Source of the DNA: Hyphomicrobiales bacterium
GTDB lineage: Bacteria > Pseudomonadota > Alphaproteobacteria > Rhizobiales > OSC116
Direction: 5' to 3'
Assembly: GCA_013214705.1 (NCBI GenBank)
Contig: JABSRZ010000006.1
Coordinates: 66,530-130,529 of the forward strand
DNA length: 64,000 bases
Of the stretch, positions 1 to 9,178 are shown piece after piece. Under the pieces are notes generated by a model. The model did no database searches and was not told where the DNA came from. It saw only the letters and a program-made list of their open reading frames with translations. The position numbers were made by a program, and so were the translations under genes. Position 1 is the first letter of the stretch. Every line of letters begins with the position of its first letter.

Positions 1-791
1 TGGGCGCAGTGTGTGGGTTTTTAGCGTCTTATTATACTGGGTCGTTAATTTTGGGCATATTGGCCTCCATGATGGCCGGGGTATTAATGTCATTATTATT
101 TGGCCTGTTAACCCAAACATTTGTGACCAACCAAATGGCCACCGGGTTGGCATTGACCATTTTATGCCTGGGGTTAAGCGGGCTTATTGGCGAGCCATTA
201 ACTGGCGAGCCAGGGCTTAAATTATCAGCGATTAGCATACCTTATTTAACTGACATTCCTTATGTCGGCAAAATATTGTTTGGCCAAGATATATTGGTTT
301 ATGTGTCCATCGCCTTGGTATTTGCGGTGCAATATATGTTGTTTAAAAGCCGCATGGGGCTTATCATTCGTGCGGTTGGCGATAGCCATTCATCGGCACA
401 TGCATTGGGCTATAGCGTTATCAAAGTGCGGTATTATTGCATTATGTTTGGCGGTGCGTGTGCGGGCTTGGCCGGTGGTTATTTGTCGCTGGTTTATACG
501 CCGCAATGGATAGAGGATATGACCGCTGGGCGCGGGTGGATTGCGCTGGCACTGGTGGTGTTTGCCACATGGATGCCGCGGCGTATTTTATTAGGAGCCT
601 ATCTGTTTGGCACGGTGTGGATAATGGGGCTATATGTGCAAGGCGCTGGCATTGCCATACCTTCACAAGTTTTATCGGCATTGCCATACGTGGTGACCAT
701 TGTGGCCTTGGTGATTATTTCCAGAAATGCGACCTTAACCAAATTAAACACGCCAACCTGTTTGGGGCAATCTTTCGTGCCAGACCGGTAA
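1..791 (+). CDS. ABC transporter permease (BMP/nucleoside-type, ribose-family fold), 5' end cut by window edge
   Basis: The reading frame is open upstream of the GTG at 9 to the window edge. The protein is a run of hydrophobic helices typical of CUT2-type permeases, and the gene sits directly upstream of a BMP-family binding-protein gene. Confidence 0.8.
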   Translation, partial: GAVCGFLASYYTGSLILGILASMMAGVLMSLLFGLLTQTFVTNQMATGLALTILCLGLSGLIGEPLTGEPGLKLSAISIPYLTDIPYVGKILFGQDILVYVSIALVFAVQYMLFKSRMGLIIRAVGDSHSSAHALGYSVIKVRYYCIMFGGACAGLAGGYLSLVYTPQWIEDMTAGRGWIALALVVFATWMPRRILLGAYLFGTVWIMGLYVQGAGIAIPSQVLSALPYVVTIVALVIISRNATLTKLNTPTCLGQSFVPDR

Positions 792-897
792 GGCTAGGTT
801 TAGTGAACCGATTATAAGCTTGAGATTTTGAAGCTATATAATTATAACTGTATGAAGAATTAGAATTGTTTCGTTAACATAAAAAAGGGAGAGTATA

Positions 898-1956
898 ATG
901 AGCTTATTACGCAAAACAATTGCGGTTGCAGCTGCAATTTCAATGTCTACAATGGCGATGGCGGCTGAGAAGCTAAAAATTGGCTTCGTATATGTGGGTG
1001 ATACGGGCGATGGTGGTTGGACTTTCCAACATGATGCAGGCCGTAAAGCGCTTGAAGCCAAATTTGGTGACAAGGTTGAAACTATATTTGTTGAGAGTGT
1101 GGCTGAAGGCCCAGATTCTGAACGGGTGATTACGAGAATGGCGCGTAATGGCGTTGGCTTAATTTTCACCACTTCATTCGGTTATATGGACCCGACCATT
1201 AAAGTGGCGGCTAAATTCCCTGATGTGAAATTTGAGCATGCAACCGGTTATAAACAATCCGATAATGTATCAGTATATAGTGCGCGTTTCTATGAAGGCC
1301 GTTATATTATTGGTCAAATTGCAGCCAAAGAATCTAAAACTGGTATCGCTGGTTATGTGGCTTCTGTGCCTATTCCAGAAGTGGTGCGCGGCATTAATGC
1401 CTTCTTGTTAGGGGCACAATCTGTAAACCCTGATTTCCAAGTTAAAGTGATTTGGGTAAACTCATGGTATGACCCGGGCAAAGAAGCTGATGCAGTGAAA
1501 GTATTTGCAGCGCAAGGTGCTGATATCATTACGCAACATACCGATTCTACCGCGCCGATGCAAATTGCCGAAGAATTGGGCCTTAAAGCCTTTGGCCAAG
1601 CCTCTGATATGGCTAAATTTGGCCCAACAGCTCAATTGACAGCGATTGTTGATGACTGGGCGCCTTATTATATCGAACGCACGCAAGCGGTTTTGGATGG
1701 CACTTGGGCATCTACAAACACTTGGGATGGCATCAAACAAGGCATGGTTCATATGACTGAGTTTAAAAACATGGCTGCTGATACCGCTGCTATGGCTGTG
1801 GCAACCAAAGAAGCCATCCGCTCTGGTGAATTGTTGCCATTTGCTGGCCCTATATACAACCAAGCTGGTGAGCTTGTCGTTAAAGAAGGCGAAAGTTTAG
1901 ATGATGGCGCACTTGCTGGTATGGACTGGTATGTAAAAGGCGTTGAAGGTAACTAA
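898..1956 (+). CDS. BMP family (PnrA/Med-like) ABC transporter substrate-binding protein
   Basis: 352 aa with an N-terminal signal peptide (AISMSTMAMA-AEK). It carries a GFVYVGDTGDGGW-type N-terminal motif and the overall pattern of basic-membrane-protein nucleoside binders. A strong SD (AAGGGAGAG) sits just upstream of the ATG. Confidence 0.9.
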   Translation: MSLLRKTIAVAAAISMSTMAMAAEKLKIGFVYVGDTGDGGWTFQHDAGRKALEAKFGDKVETIFVESVAEGPDSERVITRMARNGVGLIFTTSFGYMDPTIKVAAKFPDVKFEHATGYKQSDNVSVYSARFYEGRYIIGQIAAKESKTGIAGYVASVPIPEVVRGINAFLLGAQSVNPDFQVKVIWVNSWYDPGKEADAVKVFAAQGADIITQHTDSTAPMQIAEELGLKAFGQASDMAKFGPTAQLTAIVDDWAPYYIERTQAVLDGTWASTNTWDGIKQGMVHMTEFKNMAADTAAMAVATKEAIRSGELLPFAGPIYNQAGELVVKEGESLDDGALAGMDWYVKGVEGN

Positions 1957-1981
1957 GTTAGCCTAACATTGATTAGATTAA

Positions 1982-2017
1982 GAGTGATGTGTTTGACGCA
2001 TCACTCTTTTTTTTGCA
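1982..2017 (+). terminator. Rho-independent terminator after the BMP gene
   Basis: AGAGTGATG ... CATCACTCT hairpin followed by a T8 run. Confidence 0.8.
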
Positions 2018-2046
2018 TTTTTTTTGGCTCTAATGGTGTTTGAGAA

Positions 2047-2895
2047 TTACAAAATAACTTGATGTTCTGGCTGGCCTTTAACGTCGGTTTTTACGCTGAA
2101 TGTGCGGCCAGCATTTGCACTGTCATCACCGTCGGCGGCCGAGGTGCAGAATAATGTTGTTAAATCATCGCCGCCAAATGCCGGGCAAGTGGTTTGTTTG
2201 GCATCCGGCATATCGATGGCAGATAAAAATAAGCCATTGGCATCATATCGCGCCACGCGAGATGCGCCCCACTGGGCGTTCCACAAACAGCCCTCGGCAT
2301 CGACAACGCTGCCATCTGGCGCAAAACCAGCTTGGTTTAAATCGATAAATATTTCGGTATCACCGATAGGCCAACCTTGGGCATCCAAGGTTTGGCGCAT
2401 AATTTGTTTGGTCGGAGTGTCGGTAAAATAAGCCGTGCGGCCATCAGGCGCAAAGCAAATGCTGTTTGAAATGGTGATGTTGGGGTATAATGTGCGCACT
2501 TCGCCACGGTAATAGCGGTAAATCGCGCCTGCATGTTTTTCGGCTTGTTTGCCCATAGTGCCTATCCACATACCACCAAACGGGTCGGCACGGCCATCGT
2601 TAGAGCGGGTTATCGGGTTATCAGCTTCTAGTGGCGCGAGAATTTCCTGCGCACCAGTGGAGATGGTGAATTTAAAAAATGCGGTTTCGCTGACAATTAA
2701 CAATGTATCGGCATCGACCCATCCGGCGGCAGATACATGCTCATCAAATTGCCAAACTTTGCGCTGGCCGGATGCGGTTTTGGTCAGCAATTGCATGGCA
2801 TTTATATCGAACCAAAAAAATTGTTTTAACAGCGGGTGCCATAACGGCCCTTCGCCGAGTTGGCATTTGGTGGTGTCAAAAATCGATACAGACAT
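2047..2895 (-). CDS. SMP-30/gluconolactonase/LRE family protein
   Basis: 282 aa. It has the N-terminal GEGPLWHP motif and the repeated beta-propeller pattern typical of regucalcin/gluconolactonase proteins. Confidence 0.85.
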   Translation of the reverse strand: MSVSIFDTTKCQLGEGPLWHPLLKQFFWFDINAMQLLTKTASGQRKVWQFDEHVSAAGWVDADTLLIVSETAFFKFTISTGAQEILAPLEADNPITRSNDGRADPFGGMWIGTMGKQAEKHAGAIYRYYRGEVRTLYPNITISNSICFAPDGRTAYFTDTPTKQIMRQTLDAQGWPIGDTEIFIDLNQAGFAPDGSVVDAEGCLWNAQWGASRVARYDANGLFLSAIDMPDAKQTTCPAFGGDDLTTLFCTSAADGDDSANAGRTFSVKTDVKGQPEHQVIL

Positions 2896-2946
2896 AGGGT
2901 TTCCTTAAAACTTTATTTGGCTATTTATTAGCTAGGCGATTTGGGG

Positions 2947-3918
2947 CTAGGCGATGAGAATTGTGGAACCAGTGGTTTTGCGGCTTTCTAAGGCTTGGTG
3001 TGCCAAGCCAGCGTCTTTGAGGGCAAAGCTCTGGTTGATGTTTATTTGAACTTTACCGGCGGCAATGATGTCAAATAACTCGGTGGCGCAGGTTTCAAGT
3101 TGGGCAGAAGTGGCGATGTAATTAAACAATACTGGCCGGGTGAGGTAAAGCGAGCCTTTTTGCGCCAAAAGCATGGGTATGAGTGGCTCAATTGGCCCAG
3201 ATGATTGGCCAAAAGTGACCATGGTGCCGCGCATTTGCAAACAATCGAGCGAGTCTAAAAACGTGGTGGAGCCAACGCCGTCATATACCACTGGTAAACC
3301 TTGGCCATCGGTAATGGTTTTCACTTGCTCGACAAAATTTTGCTCGGTGTAAATGATCGGGTGATGGCAACCATTGGCTTTGGCCAGAGCGGCTTTTTCT
3401 GCGGTGGAAACTGTGCCGATGACGGTTGCGCCTAACGCCGCCGCCCATTGACACATGATAAGCCCGACACCGCCTGCAGCGGCGTGAACCAATATGGTGT
3501 CGCCAGCTTTTACGTTATAGGTTTGGCGCAGCAGCATTTGCGCGGTCATGCCTTGTAACATTATGGCTGATGCTTGTTCGAATGATATTTCATCGGGCAA
3601 TTTTACCAGTTTTTCGGCATCTATAAGCCGCTCTTCGGCATAGCTGCCAATCGGGCCGGCATAAGCCACGCGGTCGCCATTTTTAAAATTGGTAACGCCT
3701 TCACCCACGGCCACAACAATGCCAGCACCTTCGACACCGGGTATAAGTGGCAAAGGCAGGTCGTAAAAACCAGTGCGGTGATAAACATCAATAAAATTCA
3801 AACCAGATGTGACTTGTTTTAACCGCACTTGGCCTTTTGCTGGTTGGCCAATTTCGACGTCTACCCAGGTTAAAACTTCGCTGCCGCCATATTGGTTTAT
3901 TTGTATTGCTGAGGTCAT
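2947..3918 (-). CDS. qor: NADPH:quinone oxidoreductase (zeta-crystallin type MDR)
   Basis: 323 aa with a GSEVL..VE.. N-terminus and an AAAGGVG nucleotide-binding loop. It shows the medium-chain dehydrogenase layout without the zinc ligand pattern. Confidence 0.85.
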   Translation of the reverse strand: MTSAIQINQYGGSEVLTWVDVEIGQPAKGQVRLKQVTSGLNFIDVYHRTGFYDLPLPLIPGVEGAGIVVAVGEGVTNFKNGDRVAYAGPIGSYAEERLIDAEKLVKLPDEISFEQASAIMLQGMTAQMLLRQTYNVKAGDTILVHAAAGGVGLIMCQWAAALGATVIGTVSTAEKAALAKANGCHHPIIYTEQNFVEQVKTITDGQGLPVVYDGVGSTTFLDSLDCLQMRGTMVTFGQSSGPIEPLIPMLLAQKGSLYLTRPVLFNYIATSAQLETCATELFDIIAAGKVQININQSFALKDAGLAHQALESRKTTGSTILIA

Positions 3919-3973
3919 CTCATGCCCTTATCGATTTGAATATATGTGCAATTTAGGTTGTGTGTAATTTTAG

Positions 3974-4456
3974 TCAAGTGATTTTGGCGAGCAAACTCAT
4001 TAGTGTTTTTTGTTCGGCCTGGCTTAATTTTTTCAGCATTTTTGCTTGGGTGCTCACATGGGTCACCACCATTTCGTTGGCCAAATCAAAACCTTTTTGG
4101 GTGAGAGATATTTTAAGGCCTCTGCGGTCATCTGGGTCTGGATGGCGTTTTATCAGCGCGGTTTTTTCGAGTTTATCGAGCCTATTGGTCATAGCCGATG
4201 TGGAGAGCATCATTTCATGCGCAAGTTCAGATGGCGATAGTTTTTTGCCTTTGCCCTGCCGCCTGAGTGCAAATATAACATCTGACTTGGCCGAATCCAT
4301 GTCATATTTGGTTTGATTTGCCCGCACTTTTTTGCGTAATATTTCGCTTGTGCGCCACACTTGGCCGCACATGGCCATGGGGCTTGCATCTATATCGGGC
4401 CGCTCGCGTTGCCATTGTGCGAGAATAGCTGAAATAGAAGTTTGGTCTTGACTCAT
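3974..4456 (-). CDS. MarR family transcriptional regulator
   Basis: 160 aa with a winged-helix segment LSPSELAHEMMLSTSAMTNRLDKLEKTALIKRHPDPDDRRGLKISLT, including the MarR D-x-R-R wing motif. It lies upstream of qor and the SMP-30 gene on the same strand. Confidence 0.85.
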   Translation of the reverse strand: MSQDQTSISAILAQWQRERPDIDASPMAMCGQVWRTSEILRKKVRANQTKYDMDSAKSDVIFALRRQGKGKKLSPSELAHEMMLSTSAMTNRLDKLEKTALIKRHPDPDDRRGLKISLTQKGFDLANEMVVTHVSTQAKMLKKLSQAEQKTLMSLLAKIT

Positions 4457-4477
4457 GTCACATCCAACATTATATAG

Positions 4478-4522
4478 TTTGATATCAAATTACTTTACAT
4501 CGGAATATACCAAATAAAGTAA
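4478..4522. promoter_or_regulatory. Candidate MarR operator region (two inverted repeats) in the marR/DMT divergent spacer
   Basis: A perfect 12-bp palindrome TTTGATATCAAA lies at 4478-4489, 22 nt upstream of the marR ATG. It is followed by TTACTTTA (4490-4497) ... TAAAGTAA (4515-4522). Confidence 0.4.
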
Positions 4523-4572
4523 TATATATGAAGTTATAATGAATTGTCCAAAATTGCAAAGGATAAGATGTA

Positions 4573-5498
4573 ATGCTAGCCAACATTTTGCGCTCGCCCA
4601 TTGGCTTATTGCTGGTCACCGGTATATTGATCGGGTTTAATTTCCCGTTGGGCAAAATTGCCGGCATAGCTGGTGTTTCGCCAATCGTATGGGCTTTGCT
4701 GGTATCGCTAGGGGCGACCATATTTTTGCTGCCAAAACTATTGCTGCAAAAACGCCTAGGCCTGCCAAGTCTGAAACTGTTGAAATATGCAGTTATATCG
4801 GGCTTGGTGTCATTTGTTGTGCCGAATTTACTGTTATTCAGCACGATACCCCAAGCTGGCGCGGGTTATACTGGGTTGATGTTTGCGCTATCTCCGGTAT
4901 TCACTCTGGCTTTGGCGCTGATGTTTAAGATGAATGCCCCAGCCGATTGGGCGTGTTGGGCATTGCGATTGGCTTAGTGGGGGCGGTGGTGGTCAGTGTG
5001 ACGCGTGGCGCCTCGCCCGAAGCGCCGGCGCTTATCTGGGTATTTGCCGCTTTGCTTATTCCGCTGTCGTTAGCTTGTGGCAATGTCTACCGCACACTTG
5101 CGTGGCCGAAGGGAGCATCGCCAGATATATTGGCATTCTGGTGCCACATGGTCGCCGTGATGACATTTATAATTTTGCTGTTAGTGCGCAATCAACAAAG
5201 TGAGGTTGATATATTTTACGGCCTGGCAAATGTGCCGTGGGCGGCAAGCTTACAATTCATTGCCGCTGGCATTATGTTTCCGATATTTTTTCGGTTACAG
5301 AATATTGGCGGGCCGGTGTTGCTTAGCCAAATTGGCTATGTGGCGGCGGCTGTAGGGCTGCTTAGCTCGACCGTGTTTTTGGGCGAGGAATATGGCTTAT
5401 TCACGTGGGTTGGGGCTTTGGTTATTGCGGCTGGCATTGCCGTGACGATTGTGGCTCAAAATTCAAATAAGCGCGACCTATCAAATAGTTTGAATTGA
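4573..5498 (+). pseudogene. EamA/DMT family transporter interrupted by a frameshift at a C4 run (4937-4940)
   Basis: ORFs 4573-4977 and 4947-5498 each look like one 5-TM EamA half. Adding one base in the CCCC run joins ...ALALMFKMNAP to SRLGVLGIAIGLVGAVVV..., the usual inter-domain junction. Confidence 0.7.
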
Positions 5499-5540
5499 GT
5501 TTATGGTTAATGTCTGTAATCTCCGGCAAAAGGAGATTTT

Positions 5541-6755
5541 ATGGGCAGTAACATATCATCGCGCTGGTTAATTGTGGCGGTTGGGTTTGTGATATTGAGC
5601 TTGGTGTTCACCATTCGCTCGACCATAGGGCTGATCATACCCATATGGTCGGAAGAATTTGGTTGGTCGCGCTCGCTTATATCCACCGCAGCATCATTAT
5701 GTCTAATTATGATGGCCTGTGTTGCGCCGTTTGCTGGTAGTGCGGTCGATAGATATGGCCCGCGCGGCTTTTTGGTTGGCGGTTTAATCGCCTTGGGCAT
5801 CGGCACTTTTTTGCTGGCCAATATGCAAAATGAATGGATGTTATATATTGCATTTAGCCTCATTTCGGGTCTGGGGTTTGGCATTGTGGCCACCCATGTG
5901 ATTGTGGCGGCTGTGTCACCGCAATTTGAAGCCAATAAAGGTTTTGCGGTGGGCATTGCCACCTCTGGCTCAACCGCTGGGCAGTTATTATTCATCCCAT
6001 TAATTGCGGTATTTTTGGTTAGCCTTGGCTGGCGAAATACATATTTAATATTTACAGTCATTTGTTTTGCGGCGGCCTTGTTATGTTGGAAAATATTGGC
6101 AGTGCCTAAACCAGATAATGCAACGGCCATCAATGCGCCCAAGGCCAAATCTACATTTATGCAGGATGTGAAATATTTGGTTAAAAAACCGGTTTTCCAC
6201 GCGGTGTTTTGGAGCTTTGTCATTTGTGGTTTTACCACCGCCGGGGTGATTGAAACCCATTTAATTCCCTATTTGGTCTCTTGCGGCTACCCGCCGTTGG
6301 AAAGCGCGTTAAGCTATGGTTTCTTATCCGGCTTTAACATGTTGGGCATGATGTTGGCAGGTTATCTGAGCGACAAAATGAACAAGGTTTTATTGCTCTG
6401 CATTATTTATGTAATGCGCGGCCTAAGCTTTATTGTGCTGATGTTTGTGGTCGATGATTATGCTGCCTTAGCTATATTTAGTGTGGCGTTTGGCTTGTTC
6501 GATTATTCGACTGTGCCGGTGACCGCGGGCATTATTGTCGATCATTTAGGCCAGAAATTACTCGGCATCACCATGGGCATATTGGCTGCAGGGCATGCGT
6601 TAGGCGCGGCGGCGGGGGCATATTATGGCGGCTATCTGTTCGACCTATTTGCCAGATATGAAGAAATGTGGATCGCCTCTATAATTTTAGCCATCATAGC
6701 CGGTTTTATCGTGTTCACCATCAGGTTTATGCGGCCCGAACCGCGGCTTGCTTAG
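5541..6755 (+). CDS. MFS transporter
   Basis: 404 aa with 12 predicted TM helices and a D-R-Y-G-P-R-G loop after TM2, the MFS signature region. Confidence 0.85.
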   Translation: MGSNISSRWLIVAVGFVILSLVFTIRSTIGLIIPIWSEEFGWSRSLISTAASLCLIMMACVAPFAGSAVDRYGPRGFLVGGLIALGIGTFLLANMQNEWMLYIAFSLISGLGFGIVATHVIVAAVSPQFEANKGFAVGIATSGSTAGQLLFIPLIAVFLVSLGWRNTYLIFTVICFAAALLCWKILAVPKPDNATAINAPKAKSTFMQDVKYLVKKPVFHAVFWSFVICGFTTAGVIETHLIPYLVSCGYPPLESALSYGFLSGFNMLGMMLAGYLSDKMNKVLLLCIIYVMRGLSFIVLMFVVDDYAALAIFSVAFGLFDYSTVPVTAGIIVDHLGQKLLGITMGILAAGHALGAAAGAYYGGYLFDLFARYEEMWIASIILAIIAGFIVFTIRFMRPEPRLA

Positions 6756-6759
6756 GCGG

Positions 6760-7629
6760 TTAGTTTTGGCAAAAACTGGCTTCCAGGCGGCAGCCACGCC
6801 CGCCATTCATGCAATAGCCCATGGCCAAATCATCGGCATCCGCCTTATCATTGCCTTGGCCAAACCATAAGCTATTATCCGAAGCGTGGGCATATGCATG
6901 GCATTGCGAGGTGGATATAATTTCGACTTTGCAGGTTGATTGACCGCAATTGGTTAGCGCGGTTTTTACTGCAGTTTTTTGCGAATTAGATGTGGCATGG
7001 CCGTATGTGCCATCATCAGCGATGGCGAAAGCCATATAAGGCCCAGAATTATTGGTAACCGCTATTTGAGGGCATCTATACAATATGCCATCTAGTTTGA
7101 TGGTGTCAGAACACATAATGCCACCCCATTGGTATGAAGCGACTTTACCAGAACGCACCACAAACCAATCATAGCCGCCCATTTCAACGCCGGAATTGGC
7201 TTTGATGTTAAATTTAGCGCCGTAAGCTAGGCTGCCAACTTTTGAATATTCAATGCCCGGGCCACTGCGCAATGTCCCGCCCAACGACATGCCGGATTGG
7301 TTGTCAAATGAGCGTTCACCAGCTGTTTGGGTTTTGCGAAAACTATCTGAACAACCATATATATTTTTGCCAATGGTTAAGCTGCTGCTATCTGGCAACA
7401 ACTTAAAACCAATTTGCTCAAATGTATTTACATAAGCGCCTTTGCCATTATAAATAGCCGGGATGGACTGGCTTTTATAATATATTTGGACGCGGCTTTC
7501 GGACTTAAATAACTCGACAATATTGCCCTCGCACTCGTAAGTGGTGACGGTATCGGCATATGACGCCGTGGCGTTTAACCCAAAAGACAAGCCGATAAAG
7601 CCAGCTATTAATAATTTATTATAGGACAT
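6760..7629 (-). CDS. Secreted Cys-rich protein: MliC-like N-domain, bacterial SH3 domain, DUF4189-like C-domain
   Basis: 289 aa with a signal peptide (LSFGLNATASYA-DTV). The N-module is bounded by YEC...GAY...YGC. The middle GGTLRSGPGIEYSKVGSLAYG...DWFVV segment looks like SH3b. The C-terminal Cys-patterned segment resembles DUF4189. Confidence 0.65.
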   Translation of the reverse strand: MSYNKLLIAGFIGLSFGLNATASYADTVTTYECEGNIVELFKSESRVQIYYKSQSIPAIYNGKGAYVNTFEQIGFKLLPDSSSLTIGKNIYGCSDSFRKTQTAGERSFDNQSGMSLGGTLRSGPGIEYSKVGSLAYGAKFNIKANSGVEMGGYDWFVVRSGKVASYQWGGIMCSDTIKLDGILYRCPQIAVTNNSGPYMAFAIADDGTYGHATSNSQKTAVKTALTNCGQSTCKVEIISTSQCHAYAHASDNSLWFGQGNDKADADDLAMGYCMNGGRGCRLEASFCQN

Positions 7630-7691
7630 ATCACCCCCTTAAGCGCATAAGATGAATTTAACTTATGGTTAAATTACGGCAAGTTTACGGC

Positions 7692-8453
7692 CTAATTATA
7701 GACCAATTTGTTGAATTTTTTGGCCATGAAATAAATGGCTATTATTTGCGCCAACGTGCCAATGGCCAACGCCAACCACCATAGGTTATTGCCCTCTAAC
7801 GCCAGCCAATAGGCTTTGTGCACCAAAAATGGCGGAAATATACCCAGCAACCACTGCCAAGTGTCTGGCACAAACCAGCCAATCATGATGGTAAAACCTG
7901 CAATGGAGGTGAATTTACCCATGGCAAAACCTTGCACTTTATTTTGCGCGGTCAGCACCAAAAACAATGCCACAATGGTCGAGACCTGCGAAGCCGAAAT
8001 ACACAATAGAACCAGTTGCCAAGCTGGCAGTAGCAAAATATTAATGATATATACCATGATGAACATTACCACAGCGCTGAATATAGATGCCAAGCCAAAG
8101 CGATATATTGTGTAATAATGTAGCGGCACGGGGGTGACGATGAGGGCTTGTAATGTGCCTTCGTCTTTTTCATCTAACAATAAAAAACCGGCCACCATGC
8201 CCGAAATTATGCCGCCATTGTAAAGCGCTGTAAAGCTAACCAACATCGGGTATAAATCGTGCAATGCATAGGGGATGGACGCGCTAGGCATCAGGCCTTT
8301 TTCGATCAGGGCTGCGTCTGCCCACGGCAATAAGTAACGCATAATGATGGCAATGATGATGCTGATGATGGTCATAAATACCAGAAATTTATCTCTGAAT
8401 ATTAGTTTTCTATCATTGCGGGCAAAGTTGGGTAACGCGGTGAAGAATGACAT
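7692..8453 (-). CDS. ABC-2 type transporter permease (second permease)
   Basis: Polytopic membrane protein. I place the start at the ATG at 8453 (MSFFTALPNF...), 2 nt after the upstream gene's TAA, rather than at the longer ORF start at 8498. Confidence 0.75.
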   Translation of the reverse strand: MSFFTALPNFARNDRKLIFRDKFLVFMTIISIIIAIIMRYLLPWADAALIEKGLMPSASIPYALHDLYPMLVSFTALYNGGIISGMVAGFLLLDEKDEGTLQALIVTPVPLHYYTIYRFGLASIFSAVVMFIMVYIINILLLPAWQLVLLCISASQVSTIVALFLVLTAQNKVQGFAMGKFTSIAGFTIMIGWFVPDTWQWLLGIFPPFLVHKAYWLALEGNNLWWLALAIGTLAQIIAIYFMAKKFNKLVYN

Positions 8454-8455
8454 GT

Positions 8456-9178
8456 TTATGCTCCTACAATATGTTTGGCAAAGGCTTTTTGTGCCCATAT
8501 GGACAGGCCAATTAGCAATAAAAGGCTATAACCAATGCCATAGATATATTGCCAATTCTCCAACCCATCAAACGCGCCCAACATCAGCATGGTCGGAGGC
8601 GAAATGGGAAAAATCAACCATAACCAATGGTCTGATATGCCAATAAAATAGAGTATCGGCAGCGACAGAATGAGCATCAAACCCGCCATCGGCATGATAA
8701 AGTCAGTAATTTTTTTGTGGCGCACCACCAAAATAATACCCATCAGCACAAATATAACGCAAATGGTTAGCAGGCTAAGCGTGAGGATGAAGAAATTGGG
8801 CAAGATAATATCGACAGCCTGAAAATACATGATCAAAATCGCGCCGTAAAACATGGTCATAGCCTCCAAGCTGGCCAAAATGGCAAGGCTGGTTATTTTG
8901 GCCGCCAAATATTCACCATGGGTGAGCGGCGAGATGAGGGTGGCATAAATAGTGCCTTCATCTTGCTCAAATAAAATCATCGCGGCGACATATAACACTG
9001 TAGATGCGCCCACCACCAATATCATAATGCCGGCCATGGCCAATGACATGGCTTCGATGCCGATAAGTTGCGAGATGATGATGGCGGTGATGATGCCAAC
9101 GCCCAACCCAACATGGTATAAGCCATTGCGAAATTGCACGATGACATCAGTTTTTATTGCCCTCATAAGTCGGTTCAT
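8456..9178 (-). CDS. ABC-2 type transporter permease (first permease)
   Basis: 240 aa with about 6 TM helices. Its start overlaps the ATPase gene stop by 4 nt. Confidence 0.75.
   Translation of the reverse strand: MNRLMRAIKTDVIVQFRNGLYHVGLGVGIITAIIISQLIGIEAMSLAMAGIMILVVGASTVLYVAAMILFEQDEGTIYATLISPLTHGEYLAAKITSLAILASLEAMTMFYGAILIMYFQAVDIILPNFFILTLSLLTICVIFVLMGIILVVRHKKITDFIMPMAGLMLILSLPILYFIGISDHWLWLIFPISPPTMLMLGAFDGLENWQYIYGIGYSLLLLIGLSIWAQKAFAKHIVGA

Noticed and set aside
5507-6238. 243-aa ORF antisense to the MFS transporter gene.
   Set aside because: It is fully nested opposite a well-supported 12-TM MFS gene, has no recognisable motifs and no SD. Antisense ORFs at 18270-18743, 19005-19514, 36493-36951 and 52554-53159 were rejected for the same reason.
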